Shown here piece by piece: positions 37,601 through 52,159 of a DNA stretch of 64,000 nt (positions within the stretch are counted from its first letter, which is position 1; each line of letters begins with the position of its first letter). The stretch is from the NCBI GenBank assembly GCA_046563655.1, contig CM102285.1, positions 14,694,001-14,758,000 of the forward strand, given 5' to 3'. The notes under the pieces are model-generated. The model was not told the origin of the DNA and ran no database searches. It saw only the letters and a list, made by a program, of their open reading frames with translations. The translations under genes and the position numbers were made by a program. Source of the stretch: Yuukianura sp. NJ FZ-2021 (taxonomy: Eukaryota).

Positions 37601-40600
37601 TGCAAAAGTTTTCACCAACATCTCACCAAAAAATGCAAACTTTGCCAAAAAAAATCACGCACCCATTCAAGCCATCCGGCACCGCAATTTTTCAGAAAAA
37701 ACGACACGAAAATCTTATCTGTGCGAAATCTCCCACAACTTTTTTTTGACATTCTTGCAAGAAAGAAAAAACTCGTGAAAAAGTGAAATTTTTTTCTCTC
37801 TCTAAACTTTGCGAACTGATTGACTTTTGACAAAATTTTCTTTAAAATCTGCGGGTTCCGTGCCGTGGGAGACTGAAGGTTAATAAAAAAAAATACCAGA
37901 AGAAGTTTTCGTTTTTGAAAAAGAAAACACACTTTTTAGAAATCTTTACCACATTTCGATTTTATCACATCATCAGTCATCACCCCGCCTTAAGGCTGAT
38001 GCACACTTAATATGTGTCCCATTTTTAAAAAATTGACAATATCTCTTACCACATCCCAAAATACATGTTTTCAAAACCACAATTTCATTTTTGTTGGATC
38101 TCATAAGTATCACTTTCACTTTCTTCAAATTCTTTACACAAATTCATAGTCATCATCTCTGTCTTCATAACTTTTTGTTTCTGAGAATGACTTTTGAAAA
38201 ATAAATAGGCTTTTCGAACAATCCTTTTTGGATCTTTTAGTTCCTCGTGGGTGCTAATGTTCTTTAGATTCAAAAGTTATGGGTCATTTCCTCATTTCTC
38301 AATTATTTGCCTCAAGGAGAGCACTTAAGGGCTCTCCTGAAGTGATAATAGGCACTTGGCCTAAATATATACCAAATTAGTACTTTACCAAAGTACTAAA
38401 AAGTGTAGGCGCCGATTTCAAATTGTTACTAATTATAACATAAGAATGCTTTTTAGGAAAAGAAGATTAGCGGAAAGTGAAAAAGAAGATTTTGGGCGCT
38501 AGGAAGTAAAAGTGAGAAGTCGGCTTAAGCTCCTACTTAAGCCAACTTCTCACTTTTTTGTCACTGACAAGCACTTTTTCAGTGTTTATCTTTTACTAAT
38601 GACACGACAGCCACTTTTTGAAATTTGAAATTTCAAAATGGCGGCAAAATTTGTTTACGTGACTTACTACTTGGTGGTATATCCGTGACTTACTCGGTGG
38701 TTTCTCAAACATTATGGTTTCGGGCAATTGCCATTCGCCAATTGCAATTTGCCAATTGCCAATGGGCATATTGCACATGCAAATGTGCTAATAACCAAAA
38801 GTGGTAAAAATTTTGAAGTGTTTTGAGGTCAGGGGTCAACTACGCATCCAGAATATAAGGCCACCATCATACATGCGTATAAGATGAATGTGTTGTAAGG
38901 GAATTGCTCCAGGGGAAACACCTTGTATACTGGCAGTATAATACTGGCAGTATACTGGCAGTATTGTTGGTGGTAACAATTTGCAACAATTGGTTTTGAA
39001 GTAGTCAATTGTTGTAGTGCCTGCATCATCATCGTCTTCCCCTGCGGTGGCATGATGATGCTGTCCCACTTCCCTCATTTCACTCACTCATTCGTTTTTA
39101 ACGTTCTTTCCTAAGTGAGTAACCGCCTTTAGTTTTAAATTTTCCTGTGCATACTGTTCAAGTTGGTTTCAATTAACGACGAATGCTAATCAGCCGCAGT
39201 TCCTTTAATTTCTCTTCTGCAAATACGTTTTATGAATTTTTAAACATGAATTTATTAACCAATTTATACGCATTTGACACATCTTCAATCACTTTCTTTG
39301 AATGATGAAAGAATTTCCGTTTTCAGTTTTACCCCTGCAGCACAAAGTGTATAAATTGTGACATTTTTTACATTGGGAAATATTAATCTTCTGAGAAGAT
39401 TCTTCTCGAGTCAAAATTTGTTTGAGGATAGGCGGAGGTGATTGTCTTCAAGCCATTTCCGTTTCATCTTGACACATCTTTGAAAAGTCGTTAAGTTATG
39501 GAAATATACACCATGTACCAAATGTTTTTCAAGAATTACCCTATGTACCTTATTTATGAAAAATTTATGAGGCCTGGTTTAGCACGAAACTGAAATAGTG
39601 ACAGTTTAGGCACCATTTGGAGTGTACTGCATTGTTTTAAACTCTTTTTTTAAGTTTTAAACTTTTTTTTATTGTTGGCTCAATTCAAGAAAGTACCCTA
39701 AATTCCGGCTATTAAATCTTAACTCGCCGGGATTTAGGGTACTATTTTGGCAACTTGTAAACTCATGTCCTGGTCACTGTACTGATGACAATAAACATGG
39801 CGTCGTGCCCATATGCCGGTTAGTTACCTGTCATCTGTCCTGTTTTTCCACTTGGATGATCCGCACTTAAGCAAGGTGCACACTGTCCATTTTTGTTCCC
39901 GCTGACCACGGGGCAGAACGTTAGTGAGATGGGAAATTAATGACAATTTTAATAGTGGAAATGAACGGATATCAGCATCATCCTCTGCTCCATTCATCTT
40001 CTGCTTCTTTTTAATGTTCAAATGTTACGAGATTTCATAAGTTGAACAAACTACAAATTGCATTTTAACATGATTTTAGTGCATCGTATATGTTTTGGTT
40101 GACAGGTCACAAAATTAATTTTATTTTTTACTAGAGTTCCGCTGATATCACCCTCATTTACAAGCTCAGTCACTTCTTAAATCTCAATTTTTGAAAATTA
40201 AAATTAACTAACGAATTAAAAAAATATTGTTAATAAATAAATAAATAAATATAAATAAAAATGAAATAAAAATTTTGAAAATAACGGTGTATCTCCACCT
40301 TAACTTTGTGTCGGTGGAAATAATTTTCACAAAAAAGTTTATATTTTCGTTGTAAGTTTTAGGTTTGATGACGCGAAAGATTCACTGTAAGGTGTGAAAT
40401 TCCTCAGCACTTTTAAAAAGTCAATTAAAAGAGTGAGTTTAAACTGGGTGTTAATTGTTAATTGACGAGGTGCTTTGACTTACAAAAGAGGGATAATTGC
40501 AAAGAAAGTGGTTAAGAGTGGATCATTTGAATTGATCTAGTTAATCAAGACAGGAGTGGCAGGAAGTTAAGGAGGACACGCACTGTACTTATGTACAGTA

Positions 40601-43600
40601 TGCTCAACAAGTCAAAATACTTACAAACATTGTTCTCCTTCTTAAACTTACTTTTAAAGTTAGTTGAACTCAAAATTAAAAGTAAACTTTCTTTTCGTGA
40701 CGTGTTTGTGCCTCCATACAAACAACTTGAATTTATAATTTTCCCATTTGGTTTTGCCAATTACGCACCGTGAAACAAGACTTTATGAGCAATTTGAAAA
40801 TGAAAACTGTTTCATTTGCATTTCCTCTGACCTTTAATGAAATGACATTTCACCGAGGAAATGAGGAAATGAAATGCCATTCCGGCAAGGAAATGAGGAA
40901 ATGAAATCTCAAAGTCAAAATACCTTAGTTTTTTTTTCTTTGTTTTTTGACCTTGTGTTGACAGTTATTGAAAAGTCATTGAACTGGAAAAGTATTTAAA
41001 CAACAATTAACTTTTTCCGGTAACAGTTAAAGTGATTTGGTAATCATTTTAAACAACCAATTTTTGAAACAACAATAGTTTTCAAAATAGGAGGAAATGA
41101 TTATTGAAATTGTTGTGATTGTTGTTGATTTGGCGCCTGATTAATTTCTTCACACATGGTTTAAAATCAGTTTGAAATCAACTTTTCAATGATGTCCATT
41201 TCCTTTGGCCTTCACTTATTTTTGAAACAAGAAACAATTGGTTTGAAACGTTTAAATTTCGTAACAAAGTGACAACTGAGGAAGTTCTGTGGCATTGACA
41301 CCCACTTTTTATCATGAATTTTAAACGTTATTGCATTATGTAGAATTTGTTGTTAACGTTTTGCTAAAAGTACTTTTGTATTTGGTAATTTTGGTATGAT
41401 AATATAAGGAGCATCTTCTTCGCTTGAATACGTTTGTGGGTCGTTATGCAATGTGGAGTTCAAAAAACCGTGGAATGGCAACGCTCAGTGCGTCTCCGTA
41501 CAAAACTGATAAATCGGAGCACACTGTGGAAAAAACGAAAGATTTTTTCTCCTGGGAAAGCAAATGACTTCGGCATTAAAAATTTTTTTGACAATTTTAG
41601 AAAAATCAAATAATTTGAAGAGTAGTTTGTGGATTTTTCGTAGAATTTTTCTGATTTCTGAATATGGAAGGTTGGTTGGGTGTCTGATTCCTAAATTCTG
41701 TTTTCTGTTTTCTGATTGCTGATTTATTATTTCGATTTTCTGATTGCTGATTTTTTTTACTGCTGTTTTCTGATTACTGATTTTTTTTTATTTGAGTTTT
41801 CTGATTGCTGCTGTTTTCTGATTCCCGATTCTTGATTTCCGATTTTTTTTTCTTGAGATTCCTGAGTACTAATTTTGTTTTCTGCTTCCGGATTGCTGAT
41901 TGCTGATGTCTGTTTTTCTGATTGCTGATTTTTTTCTGATTTGCAGTGTTGAATGTCGCTGCTGGGAAGGCTCCTATGCAATCCTCAGTTGCTGGAGGTG
42001 GCGTACCGCAAAAAGCCGTTGACGGCTCAGCCGCAAACTTTTTCAACCCGAATACTTGTACCTTAACTCAACCAGAACGTGCTCCTTGGTGGTACGTCAA
42101 CCTACTGGAACCTTACATGGTCCAACTCGTGCGTCTGGACTTCGGTCGTCCATGTTGTGGTGATGGCCAAGTAGCCAACATTGTCGTTCGAGTGGGCAAC
42201 AATCGACCTGACCTCGGGGTCAATCCAGTCTGTAACAAATTTGTTGGAGTCATTGAGGAGGGGAAACCGCTGTTCCTGCCTTGCAATCCGCCGATTGCTG
42301 GAGCCTTTGTGTCTGTCCAGCTAGAAGGACCACCAGGAAATGCTTTGTCAATTTGTGAAGCATTTGTGTATACTGACCAAGCATTGCCAATTGAAAGATG
42401 TCCGCAGTTTAGAGACCAACCGCCAGGCAGTACTGCCACTTACAACTCCAAGTGCTACATTTTCTACAATCAGCAGAGTTTGAGATTCGAAGAAGCCCGG
42501 CAGTTTTGTGCCAGTCGCGGCGGCAGTTTGGTTGACGACAGCAATCCAGCATTGCAAGGATTCCTAAGCTGGGAAATGTGGCGGGTAAGCTTAAACTAAT
42601 TAACACTAAGCTTAATTTTGATTAAAGTTAATTAAAACCTAATCAAAGTTAAATTTTAGTGATTAGTAGCAAGCCAGCAGTCATAATTTCGGTTGGGGTA
42701 AGGTTGGACGACTTGTATGTTGCCACTGTAGGTGGCAACTTCAGTTGCCAACCAAATGTAGCCAGTAAAAATGGCAGAGTGGCTACACCGTATGGTTACA
42801 ATGACGGTAGTTAATCCTTAGTTCGACCAAAATTTCAAACGTTGTCAAATCCAAATTGACCTGTCAAAACCCAAACGCCATTCAAATTTTTGAAACTGAA
42901 AACTTGCGATGAATTTCGATATTTTCAAAAGTTGGGCAATGTAGAGTGTCTTTTTAGCAAATTTTTTTTATTAGCTACCAAAATTTGTACCAAAAAACAA
43001 ATAATTTGAATTTCAGGGCCACTGAAACACAGAATTTCAACTTTTTTTTGAATTTCAGCGCCACCGCAGTGATCCTTCGGCTCAGTACTGGTTGGGAGCC
43101 GTGCGTGACACAAAAGACACGAATAACTGGAAGTGGCTGAACGGAAAAGATGTTACCGTGTCATTTTGGAATTTGCCGGCGGGTCGCGGGTCCTGTGCCC
43201 GGTTCGACGGAGCCAAGGGGTGGCTCTGGTCTGACACAAATTGCAATGACGCCCACAACTTCATCTGTCAACATGGGCCACGGGGCTGCGGGCGCCCAGA
43301 GCAACCGCCCAACTCCACCCTCTTGGCCACAAGTCTCGAAGTGGGCGCCAGAATTGAGCACCGCTGTGACCTAGGTCACTTGCTCATTGGACCAGACACG
43401 AGAACATGTCTGCCCAATGGCTTCTACTCCGAGTTTCCACCTGTCTGCAAATGTAAGTTCACTTTCATTTCTAACGTAACAATTACCGTATTTTCTCGCA
43501 TAGAAGACGCCTCTTGTCTCAAAAATTTAGGTAAGTTTGGGAAGGGAAAACAATTTTTTGCTGAAAACGGACGATTTTTGTTAAAAATTTGTATGAATTG

Positions 43601-46600
43601 TCGGTAAATGTAAGGTAACTTTAATTCCTAATTAACAGGGATGCCAAAAATATTTAGTATCCATGCCCGTAATGCACAGTGCGAAAAGAGTCTTCCGTTT
43701 GAGACAGGAAACTAAAATTTGACTTTTTTGTATACTATGTAATGTTAATAAAAAAAAATATCTCCGTGTTTTTCCTTATTAAATATTTATTTATTTGCCC
43801 ATGCCGTTAATGTCAAATTAGTAAATATTTGGGCGATTTAAAAAAAACATTTCTGATCAATATTTCGGGCGTTTTAGCACATATTATTTTTTATTTTTTG
43901 ACAAGATATTTTTGACAAGCATGCGAATCAATTTAACAATTAGTCTAACAACTACAGATAGATAACGCGAGTGTTGTACGCCGATAAATAGGGTAAATGG
44001 TTCTTGGCATGTCAGCTTAACGTCAGTCAACATTGACAAGGATAATTTGAAAGTATTTAGGGGATGCTGCCAGTAGTACTTGTGCTTGTGCTCCTAGAAA
44101 GTAACCTCGATGGTACCTCAACCACTAAACTCATTTTGTCAGCATCTGTCAAATTTTGACACAAAAAATAGTTTTGCAAAACTTTTGTTTGCAAAGTTTT
44201 TGAAAGTTTTGTTCCATTTTAAAAAATCGAACCAATTTTGAATTGCAAAATCCTCCTGATCTGGGGCAATATTTTATTTGGAAATGAGCTTTTCTTTAAA
44301 AAGTGTTCAAATCGGTGTGAAAACTAAGAATTGCTAATTTTGACAAACTTGCGTGTCAGCAATCAGCATGTCAGCATGTTAGGATGTCCCAATTGCAAAG
44401 TAATAATAGACTTGTCCGAAATGTCAAGTAACGGTGGATTCCCCACTGCGCACACTCACAAAAATTACCGTTACGATCATAATTGTTCAACCGCCTCCTT
44501 TTAACGATTTCTGACAATTAAATTATTATAATTTCTATGATTGATTGTTTACATCGCTCATGAATTCTGATTCGTTTTTATGAAAATGAAAATTATGAGA
44601 TTATGAAAATTTATGAAAATTATAAAATTTATGAACATAGAAAATTATAGAAATTAGAAAAATAGAAAATAATGGAAATTATGAAATGTATGAGAATAGA
44701 AAATTATAGAAACTATGAAAATAGAAAATCATGGCAAATATGAAATATAATGAAAATAGACAATTATGAAGTTTATGAAAATTATTAAATTTTGATCTCT
44801 TGTTTTACAGTTTTGGAATGCGGTCTTCCCGCTCAAGTACCCAATGGAGAATACCTTCTGCTCAATGGTACGCGAGGGTACCAGAGTACCGTTCGGTACG
44901 TTTGTCACGATGGACATGTCATGGTTGGACGAAGAGACTTGTCATGTGACCTTGACCAGAAATGGGACGGACCACCGCCGAGATGCGAAGCTCTAGCGTG
45001 TCCCGAACCTCCTCCGATTGTCAATGGCCAGTATGAAATTCTAGAAGAAAATGGACATGCGTCAAGAGTCGGATATGACTGCGCAGAAGGCTATGTTCTA
45101 AGTGGACCAGCAGTACTGACATGTATCGACGGAGCATACGATAACCTACCACCGACATGCCGAGAGATTCGTCCGACTTCGAACATTCCGGATCCGACGG
45201 TATCACTTCCACCCCCAACGACCCGCAGAGTTCCGTTTGTCACGGCTCCAAGTACAACTGTACCCACAACTACTCCGTTCCCAGTTACCGTACCGAAAGA
45301 AGACGAAACTTATGACGAAACGAACCAATATGAAGATCCGATCTATGGAGACGAACAGCCACTAGCTCCGGTTCCAGAAGTCAAGTCGACTCCACCCCCG
45401 ACTCCGCCTCCTCCACCTCCTTATGTACCGCCAAGAAAAGATGTAAAACCGAACAAACCGAATTCGGAAGTTCGGAACAACGGTATCGAATCGGATCCGC
45501 CGCTAAATACTGAGGAAAGCATCAACGTCAATATTATTCACAAGGGGAAGACACCAAATGCTGATCTTCCGAGGAATTCCGTTGATGTCCACACCAAAGT
45601 ATCTGCTGTGTCCAGACTTAACCTTGGTACGAAAACATAATAATATGAAATGCATAAAATACATGATACATAAAACATAAAATACATTATTCATAATACA
45701 TAGAACATAAAGCATAAAATACATAATATACATGACTTTTATTTTTATGTCAAAGGTGGAATCATTGCGTTGGGAATTTTTGGTGGGATAATCATTTTGG
45801 CGGCAATCATCATCCTCATTGTGTTTCTGGTCAGACGGTAAGTGAAATATTTTAATATAAAATTATATATTATATAAAATTACATAATTTATTTTAATGT
45901 AGTACTAACAAAGCGCATGCGTGATTAGTTGACTTTGACCCTGTTGCAGTTAAGATATTAGCTGTTAAGCCCTAGTCACACTGACCGCGACTTTGCTTTT
46001 GCTGGACGCCGATAATTTTTTATACGAATCCGCGTGGCGCCGATTTTAAATATTTTAGATCCGCTGACCTGTTACGTATTTTTCTGTCCTTTCGAACCAA
46101 CATTCTTACTTCACTATCCACAAAAGTAGAATTTAAATGAAACTTAATTGAAGTTTAATTGTGATTATCTGAAGATTATCTAATTTACTTAGGATTTAGT
46201 TAGTTACTGTTTATATTTTTCACGCCGTATGAGTCTCCATTTTGTGGAAACTTGTTCTAACTTAGAGACGACGGTCAAGATTTTCTGTACTCCTACTCTT
46301 CAACACCTTGCAGCGACACTGTCGTTCCGTCACCACGCCTCCAAGCCAGGCTCCACCCCCAGCAGCGTCGACGGAATTCCAAAGTGTTTACGCTTCTAGC
46401 GCTCCCATTTCCAGACCAGCGTGTGGGTCGAAGATACTTGGACTCACCGACTTCTAGAAAGTGGGCGGGATTCTTTTCCGAACAACCACATTGAAAAAAT
46501 TGGAGGGATTTTTTGAAATTTCAAAAAAAGAAGTCACGTGCCATAATTGAAATTCCGAAAACGGGTTAACATCCAGCCATAACGTAAGCGTCTGTTGTCG

Positions 46601-47297
46601 GATCACGGTCACCATCAGTTTCACGTCACGTCACGCAGGGCTATTTCAGCACACAAAAAAATTCACGCCGCGTACTTTGTCACTACGCCGCGCACTTCAT
46701 CACTTGTATAAAAAATTCACGCCGCGAGACTACACTTGTACAAAAAATTCACGCCGCGGACGCTTCTATTTGTTAAACAGCACCACAAAACATGCATTTA
46801 GAGGCAGAAAAAATTCTTGGCACTACTAAAATCTTTTACCTTTGACCTTTCAACTTTGAAAACTTTTCAAAAAATTCTGGAATTTTGGCTAAAATTTTTT
46901 CATTTTGCACAGGAATCGTGTGAAACGGAAGCATGATCGCCATCGTAGTTCACCGGACAACCATACCATAACTTCAGTTGACTCTGGATCGGACGTGGGT
47001 CTTGGCCGACTGTACCGCAGGGCATGGGACACTTTGGCTGCAAATGGCGGTGGGCCACCCACTGGCTCCACCACGATTGGCTCCACCGCAAAAAGTCTCA
47101 AGGCCAAGGACACTTTGGACTTCAGAAGTCGCTTGAGCTCCATCGAGGGAATGCGGGACGACGGAGAAATTATTGTGCACGACGCTTTGCCACGCAAACA
47201 TCATCACCATCACCACACCGTGGGACACCATCACCATGGTCACCAAGAACCCGGAGAGTGGGGGAGGTCAGTCAGGTCACACCGAAATCGATACTAA
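31652..47297 (+). CDS. CG9095-like type I membrane protein: signal peptide, CCP, fucolectin/FTP, C-type lectin, 3 CCP, Pro/Thr stalk, transmembrane helix, His-rich tail
   Basis: Exons 31652-31703 (MFRTVFVTLILGHFSNL, signal peptide), 35430-35609 (CCP: CGYPGAPAHSS..YACERGFELLGPARRVC..W..GIPFC), 41947-42584, 43059-43452, 44811-45626, 45756-45837 (transmembrane helix) and 46913-47297. The junction phases I checked are compatible. The first exon is less certain than the rest. Confidence 0.85.
37132..37290. repeat. Degenerate repeat of ggtacccttaaggtttatggtacctcc (about 3 copies, about 50-nt spacing)
   Basis: Copies near 37132, 37185 and 37232, rich in GGTACC palindromes. Probably internal repeats of a transposon remnant. 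Confidence 0.55.
41690..41940. repeat. Intronic tandem repeat (ttttctgattgctga) directly upstream of a splice acceptor
   Basis: Multiple visible copies ending at the acceptor at 41946. Confidence 0.75.
46655..46760. repeat. Short tandem repeat aaaaaattcacgccgcg, three copies
   Basis: Copies near 46657, 46711 and 46742, plus a partial ctacgccgcg. Confidence 0.65.
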
Positions 47298-48009
47298 AGT
47301 GACCAAAGGTCAAAGGTCACGAGGTCAAAGGTCAAACAATGCAACAAGTTCAAGGTCAGTGACCTCCTACCAATCACCATCATCGTTCCAGATAAAGGGC
47401 GCCGTCGCTGTCCTAAACTGTCAAAAACCTAAATTATTTAAGTTAGTTAAATTTTTTTTTTCAAAAAACTGAAAACGAAATTATGTTTTATAAGGTTTTT
47501 CGAAAATTTTTAAATTTTGAAAATTAGAATTTTTGTGCAGTTTTATATTTTGTAAAGTTAACTTTTATAGGGGAAACTTGACTGATTGAAGGTAGAGGAA
47601 GAAATACCTCCTTTTAGAGTGTAAAAATTAATTAATTGTATGAAAATTAATTAATTGTAGTGAAATTAATTAACTGTACTACGTTTTATACAAAATATTT
47701 TTTAACTCCCCATCAGACATCCACTTAACATAGAATAGCCCATGACCTCTCTGAGACCACGGTCAAGGTCACGAGAGGTCAAGGTCACCAGAGGTCATTG
47801 CCCTTTAAGATGTGAATTAGACTTCAGCACAACTGAAGTGAATTCAGCGTTTCTTTTTAGTATGTAAAAGTGCCAATTTCAAATTTTGACTTCAGGGCCA
47901 CCCTAACTGCTTTCCCCAGGTGAAATTTTCATGATTTTTAATAAAATATTTATAATTTTTTTAATTTCTAAAATTGAATTTCGAAATTTTTTTTAATTTC
48001 GAAAACAGT

Positions 48010-50957
48010 TTATGCGTACCACTTTTTCTTCTTAGGATTGCTTGACTCATCGTCGTCATCACCATAATTTTTGTGTTTGTAAGCAGCAAGTCGTTTTTCA
48101 AAATGGTCGTCACCTCCTTTCTCCTTTGTCGGCTGTGATTTCTTTTCTCGTTTTCTGCGTGGTAGAAGTTTTCTCGTTTTTGGTTTTGAAACTTTCAAAA
48201 TTTTAGCAGCTTTTCCTTTGGGTTTTAAACTTGGAATTGTGGAAAGGCCTGCTTGCGATACCAATCCGCCAAAATCTGGAACTGCTTGTGCTTCGTCATT
48301 TGCATCTTCTTCAATGGATTTCTCCGTTTTACTTGTTTCTTCTGAATCTTGATCAACATTGCCTACTTTCTTGCGTTTTCGTTTTTCTTTTCTGTTGGAC
48401 CTCGAAGTTTCTTCGTCTTTTTGATCTTTGATTTGCTTCAACTTTTCCTTGCTTCTCTCCAGTCGCTTCTCTTTGGCTTTCAGAGCTGCTTTCTTCTCCA
48501 GAGAAAATTCAACCACAGGACGCTAGCAGAAAAGTAGAAAAGTTCAAATTCAACTTTTTTGAAAAACTTTCTGAAATTTTGAAATTTTAAAAAAGACACT
48601 TACACGATGTTTGGAGAAAGTGTGAGGGTTGTTGTTGAGTGCTCTAAGGGCGGTCAAAGCATGCTGATGCTCCGAAAAAGTGACGAATCCAAAACCTTTG
48701 GACTTGAATCCATCCTGTGTCACTTTTGTCCTGTCTCGCATTACTTTGGCCTTGAAAAAAATGAAAAATTTAAACACAAAAAGTCAATTTCATTTCAAAA
48801 AAGTAGTTCGAAAAGTTTAGGTTTTTTTTTAACTTACCTCAGTCACTTTTGCATCAGGTCCGCCGTGTTTTAGAACAAGAGATCGAAGTTGCTTGTCGCT
48901 AAATTTTTCTGGAAGGTTGTGAATACATAGTCGTTTGTCTGAAATGAAGTTGTTCAAGTCCTTGAGCATTTGACGCTTGTGGTGATGAAGTGTCGCTCGG
49001 AGAGCAATGTCACTCGGCGACATTCCTTCTGCTGCTGGTGTTCCAGGTCGGACAACTAAAAATATTTCAAATTCTACGTCAAACTGCTTTTTCGATTCAG
49101 TTGAATACTTGATCTCAGTCTTTGAAAAGTAAAAAATTTAAAATTTTGAAAACACTCACATCCTTCCCTCACAAGGTACAAGTTCCGTTTGTCCTTTGGT
49201 TCTTTCTGGACAGTCGAGGTCAACTTCTCAGTCAACCGTGACCTGGACATGGCTTGGGACATGTAAAACTGACGGTCATCTGCAACAAAATGGTCTGGAT
49301 CTTGTTCGTACTTTTCTAAACATTTAGTAAGTGTCTCCTCTGACTAAAAAACACAAATTACATTTTAAGAAAACGCTCAACATTTTCAGAAATTCAGTTT
49401 TTGTTTTGGGTATTTCAAAATCCGTGAAAAAGTTACCCGAAATTTGATAAATGCGGTGCCTTTTGAGTGTTCCGTGAGCCGATCTTTGCAAATGACTGCG
49501 TAGTTGACAGGGCCAAATTCTTCAAAGAATTCTTTCAGTGTCGCTGCTGTTGTATCAAAGTTGAGGTTTCGGATAAAAAGTGTTTTTCCTTCGTCAGCGT
49601 CGTTTTGATTCAATTCCCGAGGTTTCTTTTCCTCCACTTTCGACTTTTTGTCTTTCGACGTTTTTACATCCTCGTCTTCAGTGTCACTACTATCGCTGCT
49701 GCTGCAAAACACAAAGAATTGTTAACCGAGAATGCTAAAAAGTTGCATTTTTTTAAGTTCTTGAAAGTGAAGCCTAATCTATAAAATGAAATTTAAAAAA
49801 AAACTTGTCAAGTACGAGTCGGTTTTGCGACGTTTTCTTTTCGGTCCGGACTTCGTTTGCACTGTGTTGTTGCTAACTGGTGGCTTCTCATCGTCTGAAA
49901 GTGGTTCCTCCTTAATTTCAACTTCCAAATTGTCAACGTCGGGCTTTTCTTCCTTAACTTCAACCTCTTCTTTAACTTCTGCTGCTTGTTTGCTTCCTTC
50001 CTCGAATTTAGTTTTTGGAACTGCCCAATCAATGGTGATTGGACGACCTGTGAACGAATAGGAAGAGATAAACTAAAAATCTGACGTTAATTACCTTTAA
50101 ACTTAAAAATTTAACTTAAAAAAATGTCATCGATTAGTAATTTAGAAGTTAAGTTACCCAGGAACGGTTTGGAATTCAAGTCCCGTAGGGCTTTAGCAGC
50201 TTGAGAAACTTTGACATACTGGACGAAGGCGCAACCAACCAATTTCCCACTCGGTTTCTTCAAAATGTTAATTTCCTTTAGATCTCCGTAACTTCCAAAG
50301 TGCTCCTTCAACTTATCCTCGGTCACCTGTAAAGTATACAAAAGAATACACAGTGAACAAAAAGTTTTGATGAAAGTTTTAACAGCAGAGTTTTAGTGTT
50401 GGTTACATTGAACGATAAGTTTCGAATAATGAGTCGAGCTTTCTTCTTGATTGGTTTCTGACGAGGTGGTTTGGGTTTCGGTACTTCCGGTTCTTGCTGG
50501 CTGAATTGAAATCTTGGAGGTTTGGGTAACCTTGGTCTTGTTTGCTGAGTTTCAATATTCCGAGTTTTTGTTAATTTGACTGTCAGTTTGTTGTTTCCAA
50601 ACGAGTAGCCTCCTTTCTTGGCTGCTGCCGCTGCAGCGTCTTCTGACAGGGCATAAGTTACGTATCCAACGATCGACTCAGGAGCAGCATTTCTATTGAC
50701 TTCATACAAAACAAAAACGTTTTTAGGAAATATTTCAAAAATAAGGCATAAAGAGGTTATCTGTGAGGTCACTTACAACTTTTAGGATACTGAAAATGGA
50801 TTCGTTTCAAAGGGCCGATTTCTCCAAAAATGGATTCGATATCATACTTGGCAGCATTCGAAGGAATGTTGCCAATAAACAGTGTTCGAGGCTTCTCATC
50901 TTCTTCTGACATATCGGTTTTTGGTGCAGGAGCAGCTGACTGAATGTTGGTGTCCAT
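48010..50957 (-). CDS. RBM28: RNA-binding protein 28 (Nop4-like, 4 RRMs)
   Basis: RRM motifs TLFIGNIP, RLIIRNLSF/GCAFVQY, TLFIRNLNF/SKGTAFIKF and RLCIHNLP/SKGFGFVTF. Also GRPITIDWAVPK, DKRNLYLVREG, ALRALNNNP, VEFSLE and C-terminal KKKWYA*. Confidence 0.92.
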
Positions 50958-51519
50958 GTCCAATGTATGCCAAGGAAAGTCTCCGACTAATCTTAAGAAT
51001 CAACTAAAATTAATTAATTAACTTCAAAATTTTCGAAAATCATAAAAATCAAAATGAACAAGTAAGTTCGTTTTCAATTTCAACTTTTTAGAAAAAAAAA
51101 AGACATAAAACATAAAAGAAACCCACGAGGATTTTGAATCCGAGCAGAAGATTCCCGCCGTTCAATAAAAATTAATTTTTTTTCATGGGAGTTTTCTCAG
51201 AGATACACGTTAGTTCTGAAGAGGATACTTTGGTATTCAGTTAAATTGATTTATTAACATTCATCAATTAACATTAATTAATTAATTAGCACTAAAGAAT
51301 TGTCAAGCAATACAACATTACTATTTGGTGTTTCTAATTTATTTTTATTCGTGTTGCCTTTAGTAGACAAGGAGAACGGAAAATGGGAGTCTCGGTATTC
51401 AATTTTGTTTGGACTTTACGTCACATTGCTCGTCCGACTCACGTAACTGGCAGTTGATAAGTTGAGAGAAGCTACTAAAATTACTAATCGATTACTTCGG
51501 TTCTAGGCTACTAAGATGT

Positions 51520-52159
51520 CTAAGCCCACTTGTGGTAGTTGGACCAATGTCGGTAGTACCAAGGATCGGCATGGCAAAATAGTTCTCCCGAGATGACATC
51601 GATCCATTCCTCGGGGTCACGACTTTTGAAAATCTTTTCGCCATAGAGTGTTCCAACTTCCCACCCAGGCACGTCCTTCATCAATCGCTCTTCCTCGTCT
51701 CGATTCTTCCGAAGTTGAATTAGATACCTAAAAACATAAAATACAAACTGAGAAGACTAAATTACTAAATGCTCATTCTAAACTGGACTTACGCTCTATC
51801 CTTTTCTGCATGGAGCATTGGATGTAAAGCCAATCGAGCAGAACGCATTTCAACTTCAAGCCTCGTCGTTTTTCCCTGCCGCCATTTCCATAGATAAAAT
51901 CCACCGATAGTCAATCCGATAATTCCAGCTACGATAGTGCGCGCTAAAAACATAAAAAAAGTAATTTCAATTAGTACAATTCATCTTCAGAAAACTAATT
52001 AGCTTTATTATTATTAGAATTACAACACACAATGCTCCAATGCTCAATTCAACTGAACTTACGTTTGAGCACTTGTTTTGCAGCAATTCTTTCGAATGGA
52101 ATTTGTTTGTAGCCTCCGGGTGGCGGCATATCTTGACGATACGCTCCATTGGAACCCAT
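51520..52159 (-). CDS. NDUFA13: NADH:ubiquinone oxidoreductase subunit A13 (GRIM-19 / B16.6), 3 exons; the correct frame is absent from the ORF track
   Basis: The spliced translation reads MGSNGAYRQDMPPPGGYKQIPFER..TM..EMRSARLALHPMLHAEKDRAYLIQLRKNRDEEERLMKDVPGWEVG... Confidence 0.93.

Noticed and set aside
38829..39087. Two short minus-strand ORFs inside the CG9095-like intron
   Set aside because: No homology recognised, interrupted by an atactggcagt tandem repeat, and no supportable gene model.
39302..39394. ATGATGA...CTGA box C/D-like arrangement
   Set aside because: Only about 8 nt of possible rRNA complementarity and far from any splice site, which is consistent with chance.
43485..43650. 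MITE-like left termini (TACCGTATTTTCTCGCA; CAGGGATGCCA)
   Set aside because: No matching right termini found, so no element can be delimited.
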